A stretch of 35,440 nucleotides of DNA from a candidate division TA06 bacterium. GTDB lineage: Bacteria > Hydrothermota > 32-111 > QNBC01. The DNA lies in assembly GCA_003641665.1 (NCBI GenBank), contig QNBC01000003.1, positions 1 to 35,440 on the forward strand, in the 5' to 3' direction. The notes beneath the pieces were generated by a model that saw only the letters and a program-made list of their open reading frames with translations, was not told where the DNA came from and made no database searches. The position numbers and the translations under genes were made by a program. The stretch's first letter is position 1. Each line of letters starts with the position of its first letter. Below are positions 1 to 8,699 of this stretch, piece after piece.

Positions 1-18
1 GAAAACAGTTCGTTTCAT
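1..18 (-). CDS. 5' end of a gene running off the left edge (MKRTVF...), product unknown
   Basis: ATG at 18 preceded by SD-like GGGGGTG; only 6 codons visible. Confidence 0.5.
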
Positions 19-114
19 AAACACCCCCAATTTAAATTATAAATAAAATGATTTTTAAAATGAAATAAACTTTTTTTCATAAAACCACCCTTGTTGATTA
101 TTATAATTTTACCT

Positions 115-144
115 ATTATACCACTCCTCCATACATATTTTCAA
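115..144 (-). promoter_or_regulatory. sigma70-like promoter TTGAAA-N18-TATAAT with extended -10 (TG)
   Basis: Minus-strand TTGAAA 144-139 and TATAAT 120-115, facing the gene at the left edge. Confidence 0.55.
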
Positions 145-205
145 GTACTATTTTTTGTTTTCCGATAGATACGCATGTAATATTAACCAATTACTAAAAA
201 CCAAT
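139..205 (-). repeat. Promoter-abutting dispersed repeat, copy D (degenerate, no 30-nt insert)
   Basis: TTTCAA-N21-TAGATA (166-171), then atattaacca and actaaaaaccaat, matching atatcaacca in copy A and actataaaccaat in copy B. Confidence 0.5.
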
Positions 206-395
206 AAATCAGAGTAATACAATAGTTAAACGAAAAGGAAAAATATATACTTTTGATAGATTTAATCAGCTTACCGCCATCGGAAACAGTGTCGAAGCAA
301 TCTTATCCGATTACCCTACCACTTTTTCCTTTTAAACTCATAATTCTCCCTTTTCAAAATCAGTGTTAGCCGGATGCACAAAAAACAAAATTTAT

Positions 396-827
396 TTAAT
401 AGCCCGTATGACCGAAACCACCTTCGCCTCTACCCGTATCGCTTAAATCTTCCGCTTCTTCAATCTCTGCTTTATAGACCTTTGAAATAACTAATTGAGC
501 TATTCTATCCCCTTTTTTTACATAATAGTCTTCCGATGAGAAATTAAAGAGTATTACTTTTATCTCTCCTCTATAGTCAGCGTCGATTGTTCCCGGAGCA
601 TTCAGAATGCCAATACCATGTTTAAACGCAAGACCACTTCTCGGTCTAACCTGAAGTTCAAATCCGGGAGGAATCTCTACTGCAATTCCCGTTGGTACAG
701 CGACAAATTCTCCCTTTTTTATAACAATATCTTTTGACGAAGAGATATCCATTCCCGATGAATGTTCCGTTTTATATTGAGGTACTTCTATCCCTCTTTC
801 CAGTAGTTTTAATTTAATCTTAACCAT
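396..827 (-). CDS. dut: dUTP diphosphatase (trimeric dUTPase)
   Basis: Motifs SGMDI, PRSGLA, GTIDADYRGEI, GDRIAQL, RGEGGFGHTG. Confidence 0.97.
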   Translation of the reverse strand: MVKIKLKLLERGIEVPQYKTEHSSGMDISSSKDIVIKKGEFVAVPTGIAVEIPPGFELQVRPRSGLAFKHGIGILNAPGTIDADYRGEIKVILFNFSSEDYYVKKGDRIAQLVISKVYKAEIEEAEDLSDTGRGEGGFGHTGY

Positions 828-828
828 C

Positions 829-1770
829 TTAGTGTTTATGAAACAATTTTCCCAGATCTCCTCCTATCCAAACATCATTTTCATCGCTATAATAGACTGT
901 TCTTAAAATTGCATTTTTTATCCCCTCTTCCTTTTCCCATTTCCCCTGATTAAAACGATATATTGTTGAATTTAATCCCGAACCGAGTCCTCCTACAATA
1001 TAACCGCTGTTAATATCACTTTTATAAACGGCATACAACGAAATATCCAGATTTTCCATACTGGTATCCTCAATAAAAACACTTCCGTTATAGTAATAAA
1101 TTTTATTTTCGTTACCTACTATATATCCCGTAGATCTATTTAAGAAAAATATATCGTTTAATTTATCCCCGTTCCCGAGAGTAACTGTGTTCCAAGTGCC
1201 ATTACTGTACTTTAAAAGAACCGATCCCGAATCTTTTGAAGCAACAAAAAATGCGGTTTCACCGGACAACGCCCCGACCTTAAACGGATGAGGATCCCAT
1301 GAATTTGCCAAATACTTAGGAGCCCAGTACGAACCGTTAAAGTAGTAAATAACATCATTACCACAAACCCAGATACTGTTTGTGTCCAGCCCATCAATTC
1401 CCGTTAATCCACCCAGTGTATCCCTCATTATAACGCTTGCATTCCCTGATGTATCAATTTTTATTACGACAGAATTGCTATCATCTCCCCCGCAGATATA
1501 AACTATATTTCCAAAGACATCCATATCATAAAGAGGAAGATTTAACGTGTCCGGGTTTGCAATTTCGTTCCATCCATCGTTTTCATATGCGAATATTTCA
1601 CCGCCATTAGTTACAAGATATCCTCTTCCATCTGATGTGAACTGTATTCTTTCAATGGTATGCGTTGTCCCTATTTCCACCTGATTCCATGATGGGGAAT
1701 GGAAAATGGAACAACCCGCAACAAATAGCACGATCATTGAGATAAACAGTCCGAATTTAATTGTTCTCAT
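829..1770 (-). CDS. Putative lipoprotein with beta-propeller-like (Ycf48/BNR-type) repeats
   Basis: Lipobox VAGC after a hydrophobic signal; repeated L-x-x-I/V...GYIVG...W units. Confidence 0.7.
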   Translation of the reverse strand: MRTIKFGLFISMIVLFVAGCSIFHSPSWNQVEIGTTHTIERIQFTSDGRGYLVTNGGEIFAYENDGWNEIANPDTLNLPLYDMDVFGNIVYICGGDDSNSVVIKIDTSGNASVIMRDTLGGLTGIDGLDTNSIWVCGNDVIYYFNGSYWAPKYLANSWDPHPFKVGALSGETAFFVASKDSGSVLLKYSNGTWNTVTLGNGDKLNDIFFLNRSTGYIVGNENKIYYYNGSVFIEDTSMENLDISLYAVYKSDINSGYIVGGLGSGLNSTIYRFNQGKWEKEEGIKNAILRTVYYSDENDVWIGGDLGKLFHKH

Positions 1771-2436
1771 TTATGCCTCCTTTAAATAATTTTCCAGTTT
1801 AACAAATGCCTTATCCAATCCTTCCGATCTATCTTTGAAATCACTTTTCAATATTTTATACTGACTTAGTAAATCCTTTCGTTGAAAAATAATCGGAAGA
1901 CGTAAAGTGCCAATTGCATTTTTAATATCATTGTTCATGATGTTCTCTCTTTCTCTGAATTCCTTGTCTATTAAATGAAATTCATCCTTCGACAAACCGA
2001 ACCTTTTTGCAATTTTTGCTAGATATTCCCTCTTGACACCATTTATCCCCCCTATGGACATAAGATTATATATTATTCGAAAGTTGTCGTATCGATCATT
2101 TTTAAATTTGCTCGATGAAAGTGATACTATTTTCATATTTTCATTGTTCAAATATTTGTCAAACAATCTTAAAAGTGATAATTGCTGATCTTCGGGGATT
2201 CCATTTACAATATTATTCCTCACATATTCCCTCTTGCTAAACATAAATTTATCATCCAAACTCGATGCTCTTGCCGCCCAATATACCATCTCTTTTAGCG
2301 ATTCCAATTTCTCATTTCCACTATCCGTATGAAATAAGTCGAACAGGTGGCCAACCATTCCGCCTATTAAAGCTCCCGGCAATCCACCGAAAATCAAGCC
2401 TGTTCCCGCTCCGAATATTTTACCCTTAATCTTCAT
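1771..2436 (-). CDS. DjlA/TerB-like membrane-anchored protein with degenerate J-like C-terminus
   Basis: N-terminal [29 protein letters not shown] typical of DjlA; E-x-x-L-x-x-IA-x-x-FGLS TerB-like helix; no HPD. Confidence 0.7.
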   Translation of the reverse strand: MKIKGKIFGAGTGLIFGGLPGALIGGMVGHLFDLFHTDSGNEKLESLKEMVYWAARASSLDDKFMFSKREYVRNNIVNGIPEDQQLSLLRLFDKYLNNENMKIVSLSSSKFKNDRYDNFRIIYNLMSIGGINGVKREYLAKIAKRFGLSKDEFHLIDKEFRERENIMNNDIKNAIGTLRLPIIFQRKDLLSQYKILKSDFKDRSEGLDKAFVKLENYLKEA

Positions 2437-2902
2437 CCTTTTTTACCAAATCGGAAAATTGAATAACCTCTATATTCCCCTCTTTTAACATCTCTTTCGA
2501 AAGTTCGTCCGGATATCCTTCTTTATATATAATACGCTTTATACCCGCATTTATAAGCATCTTCGTGCAAATCACACATGGATGGTTCGTGACGTATATT
2601 GTTCCACCATCGATACTTATCCCCATTTTAGCCGCTTGAACTATGGCATTTTGTTCCGCATGAACGGCTCTTGATAACTCCTGTCTTTGTCCGGAAGGAA
2701 TATGTAATCTATCCCTTATGCACCCCCCCAAATCATCACAATGCTTGAAACCTTCAGGTGGACCATTATATCCTGTTGTCAAAATTCTCTTGTTTTTGAC
2801 TATAACCGCACCTACTTTCCGTCTTAAACAAGTGCTCCTCTCTTTCACCAATTCCGTAATTTGCATGAAGTACTCATCCCAACTAGGCCTTTCCATAATC
2901 AC
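2426..2902 (-). CDS. dCMP deaminase family protein (ComEB-like)
   Basis: [31 protein letters not shown] and PCxxC zinc motifs. Confidence 0.93.
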   Translation of the reverse strand: MIMERPSWDEYFMQITELVKERSTCLRRKVGAVIVKNKRILTTGYNGPPEGFKHCDDLGGCIRDRLHIPSGQRQELSRAVHAEQNAIVQAAKMGISIDGGTIYVTNHPCVICTKMLINAGIKRIIYKEGYPDELSKEMLKEGNIEVIQFSDLVKKDED

Positions 2903-3447
2903 TTCCCATTAAACATATTATACATTTTTCTAAATTTATCATACTCTTCTTTGAAAACATCATACTTCGAATCTTCATAAAGGCATAAGATAATTCTTTC
3001 AAGAGAGGTGTTTGCATTCTTACAAAAAGGAATTATCACTTTAAATATGTTTTCGGCACACCTTTTAACAGGATAACGAAAAATTCCGGTGCTTATTGCA
3101 GGTATGGCTATGGATTTCAACCCTTTCTCATCTGCTATTCTTAAAATATTTCTTATCGCCTCTTTGAATTTTTCGTCTTCGTCTCCCTCTCCCATTGTGG
3201 GGCCTACGGCGTGAATGATGTATTTTGCAGGCAATCTCCCCGCTCCCGTTAAAACAGCTTCCCCTACATTTATGGGAGATAACTTATCACTCTCTTTTTG
3301 AATCGTATAACCACCTCGTCTTACTATTTGCCCCGCCAATCCGCCACCATGCTGAAGATACTTATTGGCAGGATTTACAATTGCATCCACTTCGAGACTC
3401 ATTATATCCCCTTTCATAATCTCGATATTAGTGTTTCCGACTTTCAT
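2899..3447 (-). CDS. Macro domain protein (YmdB-like ADP-ribose binding/hydrolase)
   Basis: [11 protein letters not shown]-x-x-L-x-HGGG, [15 protein letters not shown]. Confidence 0.93.
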   Translation of the reverse strand: MKVGNTNIEIMKGDIMSLEVDAIVNPANKYLQHGGGLAGQIVRRGGYTIQKESDKLSPINVGEAVLTGAGRLPAKYIIHAVGPTMGEGDEDEKFKEAIRNILRIADEKGLKSIAIPAISTGIFRYPVKRCAENIFKVIIPFCKNANTSLERIILCLYEDSKYDVFKEEYDKFRKMYNMFNGK

Positions 3448-4945
3448 ATAACCTCCTAAAAACAGGGTAAAACAGGTATATCAGTAAAATTAATAACAAG
3501 AATTCAGGAAAATAGAACCCGTATTTATTATAAAATGTTTTCTCGTTAAGTATATCGATTTTAGCACATAATGTTGCCTTTGTAAATATTTTAGTCTCAT
3601 GCTCCATATTGCCCCATTGGTCAATCTTACCGGAAATTCCCGTATTAGCGCATCTAACTATCGTTCTTCTGTTTTCTATTGCCCTTATGGGTAAAAACGA
3701 TGTATGCATGTAAGAAAAAAATGTTTTACCAAACCAGGCGTCCTCTGTTATATTTATCAGGAATTGGGCGTCTCTTTTAACGAATTCTCTCGATAAATTT
3801 TCAAACATGGATTCAAAACAGATAATAACGGAAAATTTAGTTTCCCTTTCTTTAAATACGGTATATTCCGGGCCCACCGAATAATCTCCTTCACCAAGAT
3901 CTATTTTTCTCAAAAATTGGAATTTGTCTGCATAAGGCATACGCTCTACGAATGGGACAGGTAACATTTTTCTGTATATTTCCGATGAATCACCGGGATA
4001 GAGTAACATCGCCCCGTTGTAATACCTCACCGGTCCTTTCCTTGCAAAATCAACAATAGGGGTCCCCGTTAAAATGGGTACCTTTATGGAATCTATAAAT
4101 TTGAAAAGTCGTTTCATTATATCGGTTCTGTAATTCAAATAGACAGGACTTGCCGTTTCGGGCCATACAACCAAATTCAAATCTGAATCTGCTATTTCCT
4201 TTGTCATTCCCTCAAGACGATTAAATCGCTCTGTGATATAATCGGAACGATGCTTGATATACGGTGAAATGTTCGGTTGAATAATACCTACACTTATCGT
4301 GTTCTCTCCTTTATGAAAATCAGTGCTTAAAAATCCATACAAAGTTATAGTTACTATTACAACTGCCAACGAATAAACATAGCCATATTTTCTTGTTTCT
4401 AAAAATTTGTAGATCAGGTAATTGACAAATAAAATAACAAATGTAACACCGTAAACACCGATTAAATCGGCATATTGTATAAAAAATGGGAATTGTGATT
4501 GCGTCAGAGGAATTATACCCCATTGAAAGCCGAATGAAGGTCCAAGTCCTCGCCAAAATTCTGTAAGCGGAAAAATCAATAAAAATGGCCAAACTTTTCC
4601 ATATTTCCTTTTTATAAGACCGAATATTACAAAACCTATTCCGTATTGAATGGCAATAAACAGAATAAGCAGAAACACTCCAAACCGGATAATCGCAATA
4701 TTTACCCCTTCTATATTTAGAAGGAACATCCAGTATAATAGAATTGTAAATAAAATCAAACCGAATGTAAAACCGACAAGAAAAAAATCTCTGCGAGAAT
4801 CCGTCTTATTTAAAATATAAAATATGGGAATAAAAATAAAATAAGGCACAAGAGTTTTAAGGATAACATTAATGGGGAAAAAACAAATAGCAAGTATTGC
4901 CGCAGAAATTGCAGTCAAAATATAACTGTTTTTAAGATATTTCAT
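3428..4945 (-). CDS. lnt: Apolipoprotein N-acyltransferase
   Basis: Multi-TM N-terminus; nitrilase triad motifs WPETA, YRK-x-x-PVPF, IICFE; DAWFG, RAIENRR, ANTGIS. Confidence 0.95.
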   Translation of the reverse strand: MKYLKNSYILTAISAAILAICFFPINVILKTLVPYFIFIPIFYILNKTDSRRDFFLVGFTFGLILFTILLYWMFLLNIEGVNIAIIRFGVFLLILFIAIQYGIGFVIFGLIKRKYGKVWPFLLIFPLTEFWRGLGPSFGFQWGIIPLTQSQFPFFIQYADLIGVYGVTFVILFVNYLIYKFLETRKYGYVYSLAVVIVTITLYGFLSTDFHKGENTISVGIIQPNISPYIKHRSDYITERFNRLEGMTKEIADSDLNLVVWPETASPVYLNYRTDIMKRLFKFIDSIKVPILTGTPIVDFARKGPVRYYNGAMLLYPGDSSEIYRKMLPVPFVERMPYADKFQFLRKIDLGEGDYSVGPEYTVFKERETKFSVIICFESMFENLSREFVKRDAQFLINITEDAWFGKTFFSYMHTSFLPIRAIENRRTIVRCANTGISGKIDQWGNMEHETKIFTKATLCAKIDILNEKTFYNKYGFYFPEFLLLILLIYLFYPVFRRLYESRKH

Positions 4946-5553
4946 TCCTTAATCTTCACGATTCTTCCGTTAATTTCAAGCCTGTTTTCAACAAGTAATT
5001 TTATGGCATCAGGATATGCTTTATGCTCTTCTTTCAGGATCCTTTCGGATAGTGTTTCTTCGGTATCATCGGCAAATACCGGAACAGTTCTCTGAAGTAT
5101 GATAGGCCCAGTATCCACATCTGTATCAACGAAATGAACGGTACACCCCGAAACTTTCACTCCGTACTCTATTGCTTGACGCTGTGCGTGTAATCCTTTG
5201 AATGAGGGCAAAAGACTGGGATGTATGTTTAAAACATAATCCACCGAATCTATTATTCGTTTATCCAATATCCGCATAAATCCAGCGAGAAAAATGTAAT
5301 CCGCATCATATTTATTGATAACTTCCATATATCTTTTCACCCCCTCATCATCAAATCTTGATATTTTTTCCCCGGGGTAAACATAAATGGAATCTATTCC
5401 CTTTTCCCTTATCTTAAAAAGTCCTTCCGCTTCAGGATTATCACTAATTACTTTGACTATATCGAGATTTCTAATATAGCCTTCCTCAACGGATTTTGCT
5501 ATTGCCAACAAATTTGAGCCTCTTCCCGAAATAAAAATAATGGCTTTTTTCGT
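4942..5553 (-). CDS. purN: Phosphoribosylglycinamide formyltransferase; start placed at non-canonical ACG 5553 (ORF track starts at TTG 5511)
   Basis: LAGFMRIL, LNIHPSLLP, GCTVHFV, DTGPII; conserved N-terminal ISGRGSNL lies upstream of the TTG; SD AGGTGG 6 nt before ACG. Confidence 0.92.
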   Translation of the reverse strand, partial: TKKAIIFISGRGSNLLAIAKSVEEGYIRNLDIVKVISDNPEAEGLFKIREKGIDSIYVYPGEKISRFDDEGVKRYMEVINKYDADYIFLAGFMRILDKRIIDSVDYVLNIHPSLLPSFKGLHAQRQAIEYGVKVSGCTVHFVDTDVDTGPIILQRTVPVFADDTEETLSERILKEEHKAYPDAIKLLVENRLEINGRIVKIKE

Positions 5554-5556
5554 ATT

Positions 5557-6486
5557 CTACCACCTGTTCAAAACATCGATTAGTCTTTTAATTTCTTTAT
5601 CGTTGTATAAAAAATGTGCCAATCCGATAAAGATTAACGAATCATTAAATTCCGCACTTTTTTCGTTCATTGGTAAATCATTTTCAAAGTAGTTTAACGG
5701 CTTAATCTCGTTATCCATTAGGTAAGAGAATAAGTCTTTTTTATCTCTAACCAAAATGACTAACGCAAAATATACAAATTTCTCACAATAAAGTATTTTA
5801 AAATGCCGATTCTCAACATTTTTATTTATTTCACTACAGATTTTTTTAAAATTATCATTCAACGATTTCGTATAAACTCCGTTTATTCTGCTTTCCAAAA
5901 ATGCTCCCAATCGTGGGAAATCGGAATTCTTTATGTTCTCTATATGTTCGTCTATCAGATTGAGGGCTCCTTTATTATTTCGTATAAAACGATAAAAATT
6001 ACTACTGAATCGGAATGAAAAAGGTTCTTTTGTCTTTCGGAGTTTTTCATAATTTCCGGTTTCTATATTGCCGTTCGGTTCCACACAAACCCCGAGAGGA
6101 GACCTGTAAAACAGGTTCAAATTGTCCATATTTATAACATTTTTCAAGTGATAACTATCATTATCAAAGATGTAAATGTTTTCTTTTATCGTCAATCCGC
6201 AACGATCGAAAATATTTGCTATATTTTTAGCTCCACATGGATAAATATCTCGTAAAACAAGCAGTGAATTTTTATCGATTAACTCATTTATATTTTCATA
6301 ATCGGGGGAATAATCCACAAAATCATAATAGTATAGTTCCGTAAAAAAATTTGAAAATATATTATTTTCTCTTTTACCTATTATTGAGGGCAACACAACC
6401 TTACCATAATTATTCTTCAAATTATTTAAAACATAGCTTATGGCATGGTATTTATTTGTAAAAAGTAAATTTTTTGTTCTTTTCAT
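5557..6486 (-). CDS. Hypothetical protein, distantly DegT/DnrJ PLP-aminotransferase-like
   Basis: 309-aa ORF in operon; AISYVL...KVVLPS N-terminus and EIKRLIDVL C-terminus recall the family; catalytic motif not evident. Confidence 0.55.
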   Translation of the reverse strand: MKRTKNLLFTNKYHAISYVLNNLKNNYGKVVLPSIIGKRENNIFSNFFTELYYYDFVDYSPDYENINELIDKNSLLVLRDIYPCGAKNIANIFDRCGLTIKENIYIFDNDSYHLKNVINMDNLNLFYRSPLGVCVEPNGNIETGNYEKLRKTKEPFSFRFSSNFYRFIRNNKGALNLIDEHIENIKNSDFPRLGAFLESRINGVYTKSLNDNFKKICSEINKNVENRHFKILYCEKFVYFALVILVRDKKDLFSYLMDNEIKPLNYFENDLPMNEKSAEFNDSLIFIGLAHFLYNDKEIKRLIDVLNRW

Positions 6487-6496
6487 TATTTCAAGA

Positions 6497-7600
6497 TTAC
6501 TGCATCAGGTCAGCACCACATTTTTCACAGAACCAACTATCGGGCTTGTTTTTATGTCCGCATTTGGGACAAACTATATATTTGTCCTCGGGGTTTTCTT
6601 CCGGATTAACCGTAATAACCGTATCATGTTCTATAAAGCTATCCCCCTTTTCTTCCGTTGTTTCGATTTTCTCATCCTTTTCCGGGGCATTCTCTTTCTG
6701 CTCTTTTTCTTTCTTTGGGTTTTCCTCAGCAACGCCCTTTAATTCATCTATAAGTTCTCCCACTTCATTTTCATTAAAGAAACTTTCAAATGATTCGTTC
6801 TCTACTGATTCTCCTTGTTGTTCTTCTTCCTTCTCCGCATTTACTTTTGATTTTTCTTCTTTTTTGGTTTCAGCTGTTTCATCGGAAGCGGATGTTACTT
6901 CTTCCGTAGTCTCTTCAAGATTCGTCCCGAATATGTCTTCGAGGGTTTCATCGAGATTTGCCTGTAATTCTTCAATCATATCTTCTTCTTTCTTCTCAGG
7001 CGTTTCTTCAACCTTTTCTTCTTCGGATTTTTCCGGTTCGGTCACCTTATCGGTAACAATAGGTTGTTCCTCCTCCTTATGTTCAATAACTTCCGGTTGT
7101 TCTTTCCGACTCTCTTCTTTCGCCGGTTCATGAGTGGCTTCTTCCATCACTTTTTTATTCTCTTCTTCTACTCCGACAACCTCCGGAACTACGTTTTCAC
7201 CACCCAAGGTCGCTTTTATTGTTTCGATTTCTTGCAGAAGTGATTGATATTTTTCTTTCTTATCCCCCATTCGTTTTTTATATTCATCTTCTCCGAATTC
7301 CTCGGCTAAGTATCTGAGTTCTATTTCATCGATTTCCTTTTTTAATTTTTTACTCTCTTCCTCATTATTTAACATCTTTTCGTTAAGTTCTTTTTTGAGA
7401 TTTTCAAGATTTGATAAATCTTCTTTATATTTCTTTTCTATTTCTTTAAGTTTCCCTTCATATTCATTGAAAATTTTATCAAAAACATCAGGATCCACAT
7501 CATTCTTTTTCTTTTCGATTTTTGTTAATTTTCTCTTTATATCATCAATATCATTCTTATACTTTTCGCAAGCCTTTTGAAGTTTTAAAAACTCATCCAT
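6497..7600 (-). CDS. Coiled-coil / acidic linker / C-terminal zinc-ribbon protein
   Basis: About 130 aa K/E-rich helical N-terminus, E-rich low-complexity middle, CPKCG-x8-CEKCG; SD GGAGG. Confidence 0.8.
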   Translation of the reverse strand: MDEFLKLQKACEKYKNDIDDIKRKLTKIEKKKNDVDPDVFDKIFNEYEGKLKEIEKKYKEDLSNLENLKKELNEKMLNNEEESKKLKKEIDEIELRYLAEEFGEDEYKKRMGDKKEKYQSLLQEIETIKATLGGENVVPEVVGVEEENKKVMEEATHEPAKEESRKEQPEVIEHKEEEQPIVTDKVTEPEKSEEEKVEETPEKKEEDMIEELQANLDETLEDIFGTNLEETTEEVTSASDETAETKKEEKSKVNAEKEEEQQGESVENESFESFFNENEVGELIDELKGVAEENPKKEKEQKENAPEKDEKIETTEEKGDSFIEHDTVITVNPEENPEDKYIVCPKCGHKNKPDSWFCEKCGADLMQ

Positions 7601-7610
7601 ATATGCCCTC

Positions 7611-8549
7611 CTAAATGGCTTTTAATATTTCAAGTGTATAAAAATCAATTACATCTCTGTCGATTCCTATCACTCTTAGTTTATATTCCATATTATAAAA
7701 CAAATCAAACAGTTTTTCAATTCTTTTCTTATTCATTTCTCTCGCTATTCTTTCATATTTCTCTTCGAGATAATCCCCTCTTAGACGTTCTCCTTCATAT
7801 ACAGCAACAATTTTAAGAATCATTTTTTTAAACATGGATAAAAAGATAACAGGATGTACACCCCAATTTAAAAGATTATCTATATTCTCTCTGACACCAT
7901 TTATATCTTTGTCAAGAAACGATTTACTCATTTTATAAAATGAAATCTGTGAACCTTCTCCTATAATTCTGGTAAAAAGATCCGGCTCTTTTGCAGCTGC
8001 CTCTCCAAGCAATTCAACCTGTTCCAGAACGCTATCGATTTTTTCGATATCGTTACCGTATAACTGAACAATCGTATCGATGTTTTTCATGTTTAGTTCA
8101 ATCCCTCTTCTGCTACTCATGGACTTTACAATAGTTTTTATATCCGAAGGTCGTTTACTCACCGAAGCTATTTCAATTTTATTAAAAGAGTTGAATATCT
8201 TATACTTTTCTTTTGAGAAAATGAATATATTACAGTTTTTTGCCTTTTTAACATAAGAAATCAGTTCTTCTCGGTTATTTGCATTAAGACTTTCAAACGA
8301 ATAGACGATAATTAAATTTTCATTACATCCGAAGGAGTACGATTGAAGTGCTGAGGAAAATAAAGAAATATCATACTGCTCCTCAAGGTCAAATATAAAA
8401 AAGTTGAATTCAACGGAACACCCCTTCAAATAGACTTTTTTTAGTATATTCTCTATTTTATTCCTGTTAATATTGTCTTTATATAAAACAAAATTAATTC
8501 CCTCATATTTACGATTACTTAAATTTCTATAAAATTCCAAAATATTCAT
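7611..8549 (-). CDS. holA: DNA polymerase III subunit delta (divergent)
   Basis: 312 aa; FNF..FD, YSFG..NLIIV, GNDIEKIDSVLEQV and EYKLR segments follow the HolA layout. Confidence 0.7.
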   Translation of the reverse strand: MNILEFYRNLSNRKYEGINFVLYKDNINRNKIENILKKVYLKGCSVEFNFFIFDLEEQYDISLFSSALQSYSFGCNENLIIVYSFESLNANNREELISYVKKAKNCNIFIFSKEKYKIFNSFNKIEIASVSKRPSDIKTIVKSMSSRRGIELNMKNIDTIVQLYGNDIEKIDSVLEQVELLGEAAAKEPDLFTRIIGEGSQISFYKMSKSFLDKDINGVRENIDNLLNWGVHPVIFLSMFKKMILKIVAVYEGERLRGDYLEEKYERIAREMNKKRIEKLFDLFYNMEYKLRVIGIDRDVIDFYTLEILKAI

Positions 8550-8564
8550 ATAAACTCTTTTTTA

Positions 8565-8593
8565 ACAATAACAAACTTATATTGTAATGTCAA
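8565..8593 (-). promoter_or_regulatory. sigma70-like promoter of the holA-dut operon, TTGACA-N17-TATTGT
   Basis: Perfect -35, 17-nt spacer, TGn extended -10. Confidence 0.6.
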
Positions 8594-8646
8594 GAAATAA
8601 TAGTATAAAGAGGGTAGATAAGTCCACTTGTTACATTATATTGACA
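8588..8646 (-). repeat. Promoter-abutting dispersed repeat, copy C (short, between divergent promoters)
   Basis: TGTCAA-N18-GGGTAGATAAGTCCACTTG, bounded by the 8-bp inverted repeat aatgtcaa/ttgacatt. Confidence 0.6.
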
Positions 8647-8669
8647 TTGTCAGTAATTAATTATAAAAT
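8641..8669 (+). promoter_or_regulatory. sigma70-like promoter TTGACA-N17-TAAAAT
   Basis: Near-consensus boxes 30 nt upstream of ATG 8700, which has SD AGGAGG. Confidence 0.7.
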
Positions 8670-8699
8670 TAAATAATCAATAAAAATAAGGAGGAGAAA

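Noticed and set aside
233-333. Nested inverted repeats aaaaggaaaaa/tttttcctttt and atcgga/tccgat downstream of dut
   Set aside because: Low-complexity or short arms; no recognisable riboswitch or ncRNA motif.
396-3447. Macro + deaminase + TerB-like + dUTPase as an anti-phage island
   Set aside because: All are ordinary stand-alone housekeeping forms within an lnt/purN/holA operon; no kinase-fused deaminase, toxin or mobility genes.
6474-7133. 219-aa Ser/Phe-rich plus-strand ORF
   Set aside because: Antisense shadow of the Glu/Lys-rich gene 6497-7600. The other short nested ORFs in the track are rejected likewise as shadows of well-supported genes.
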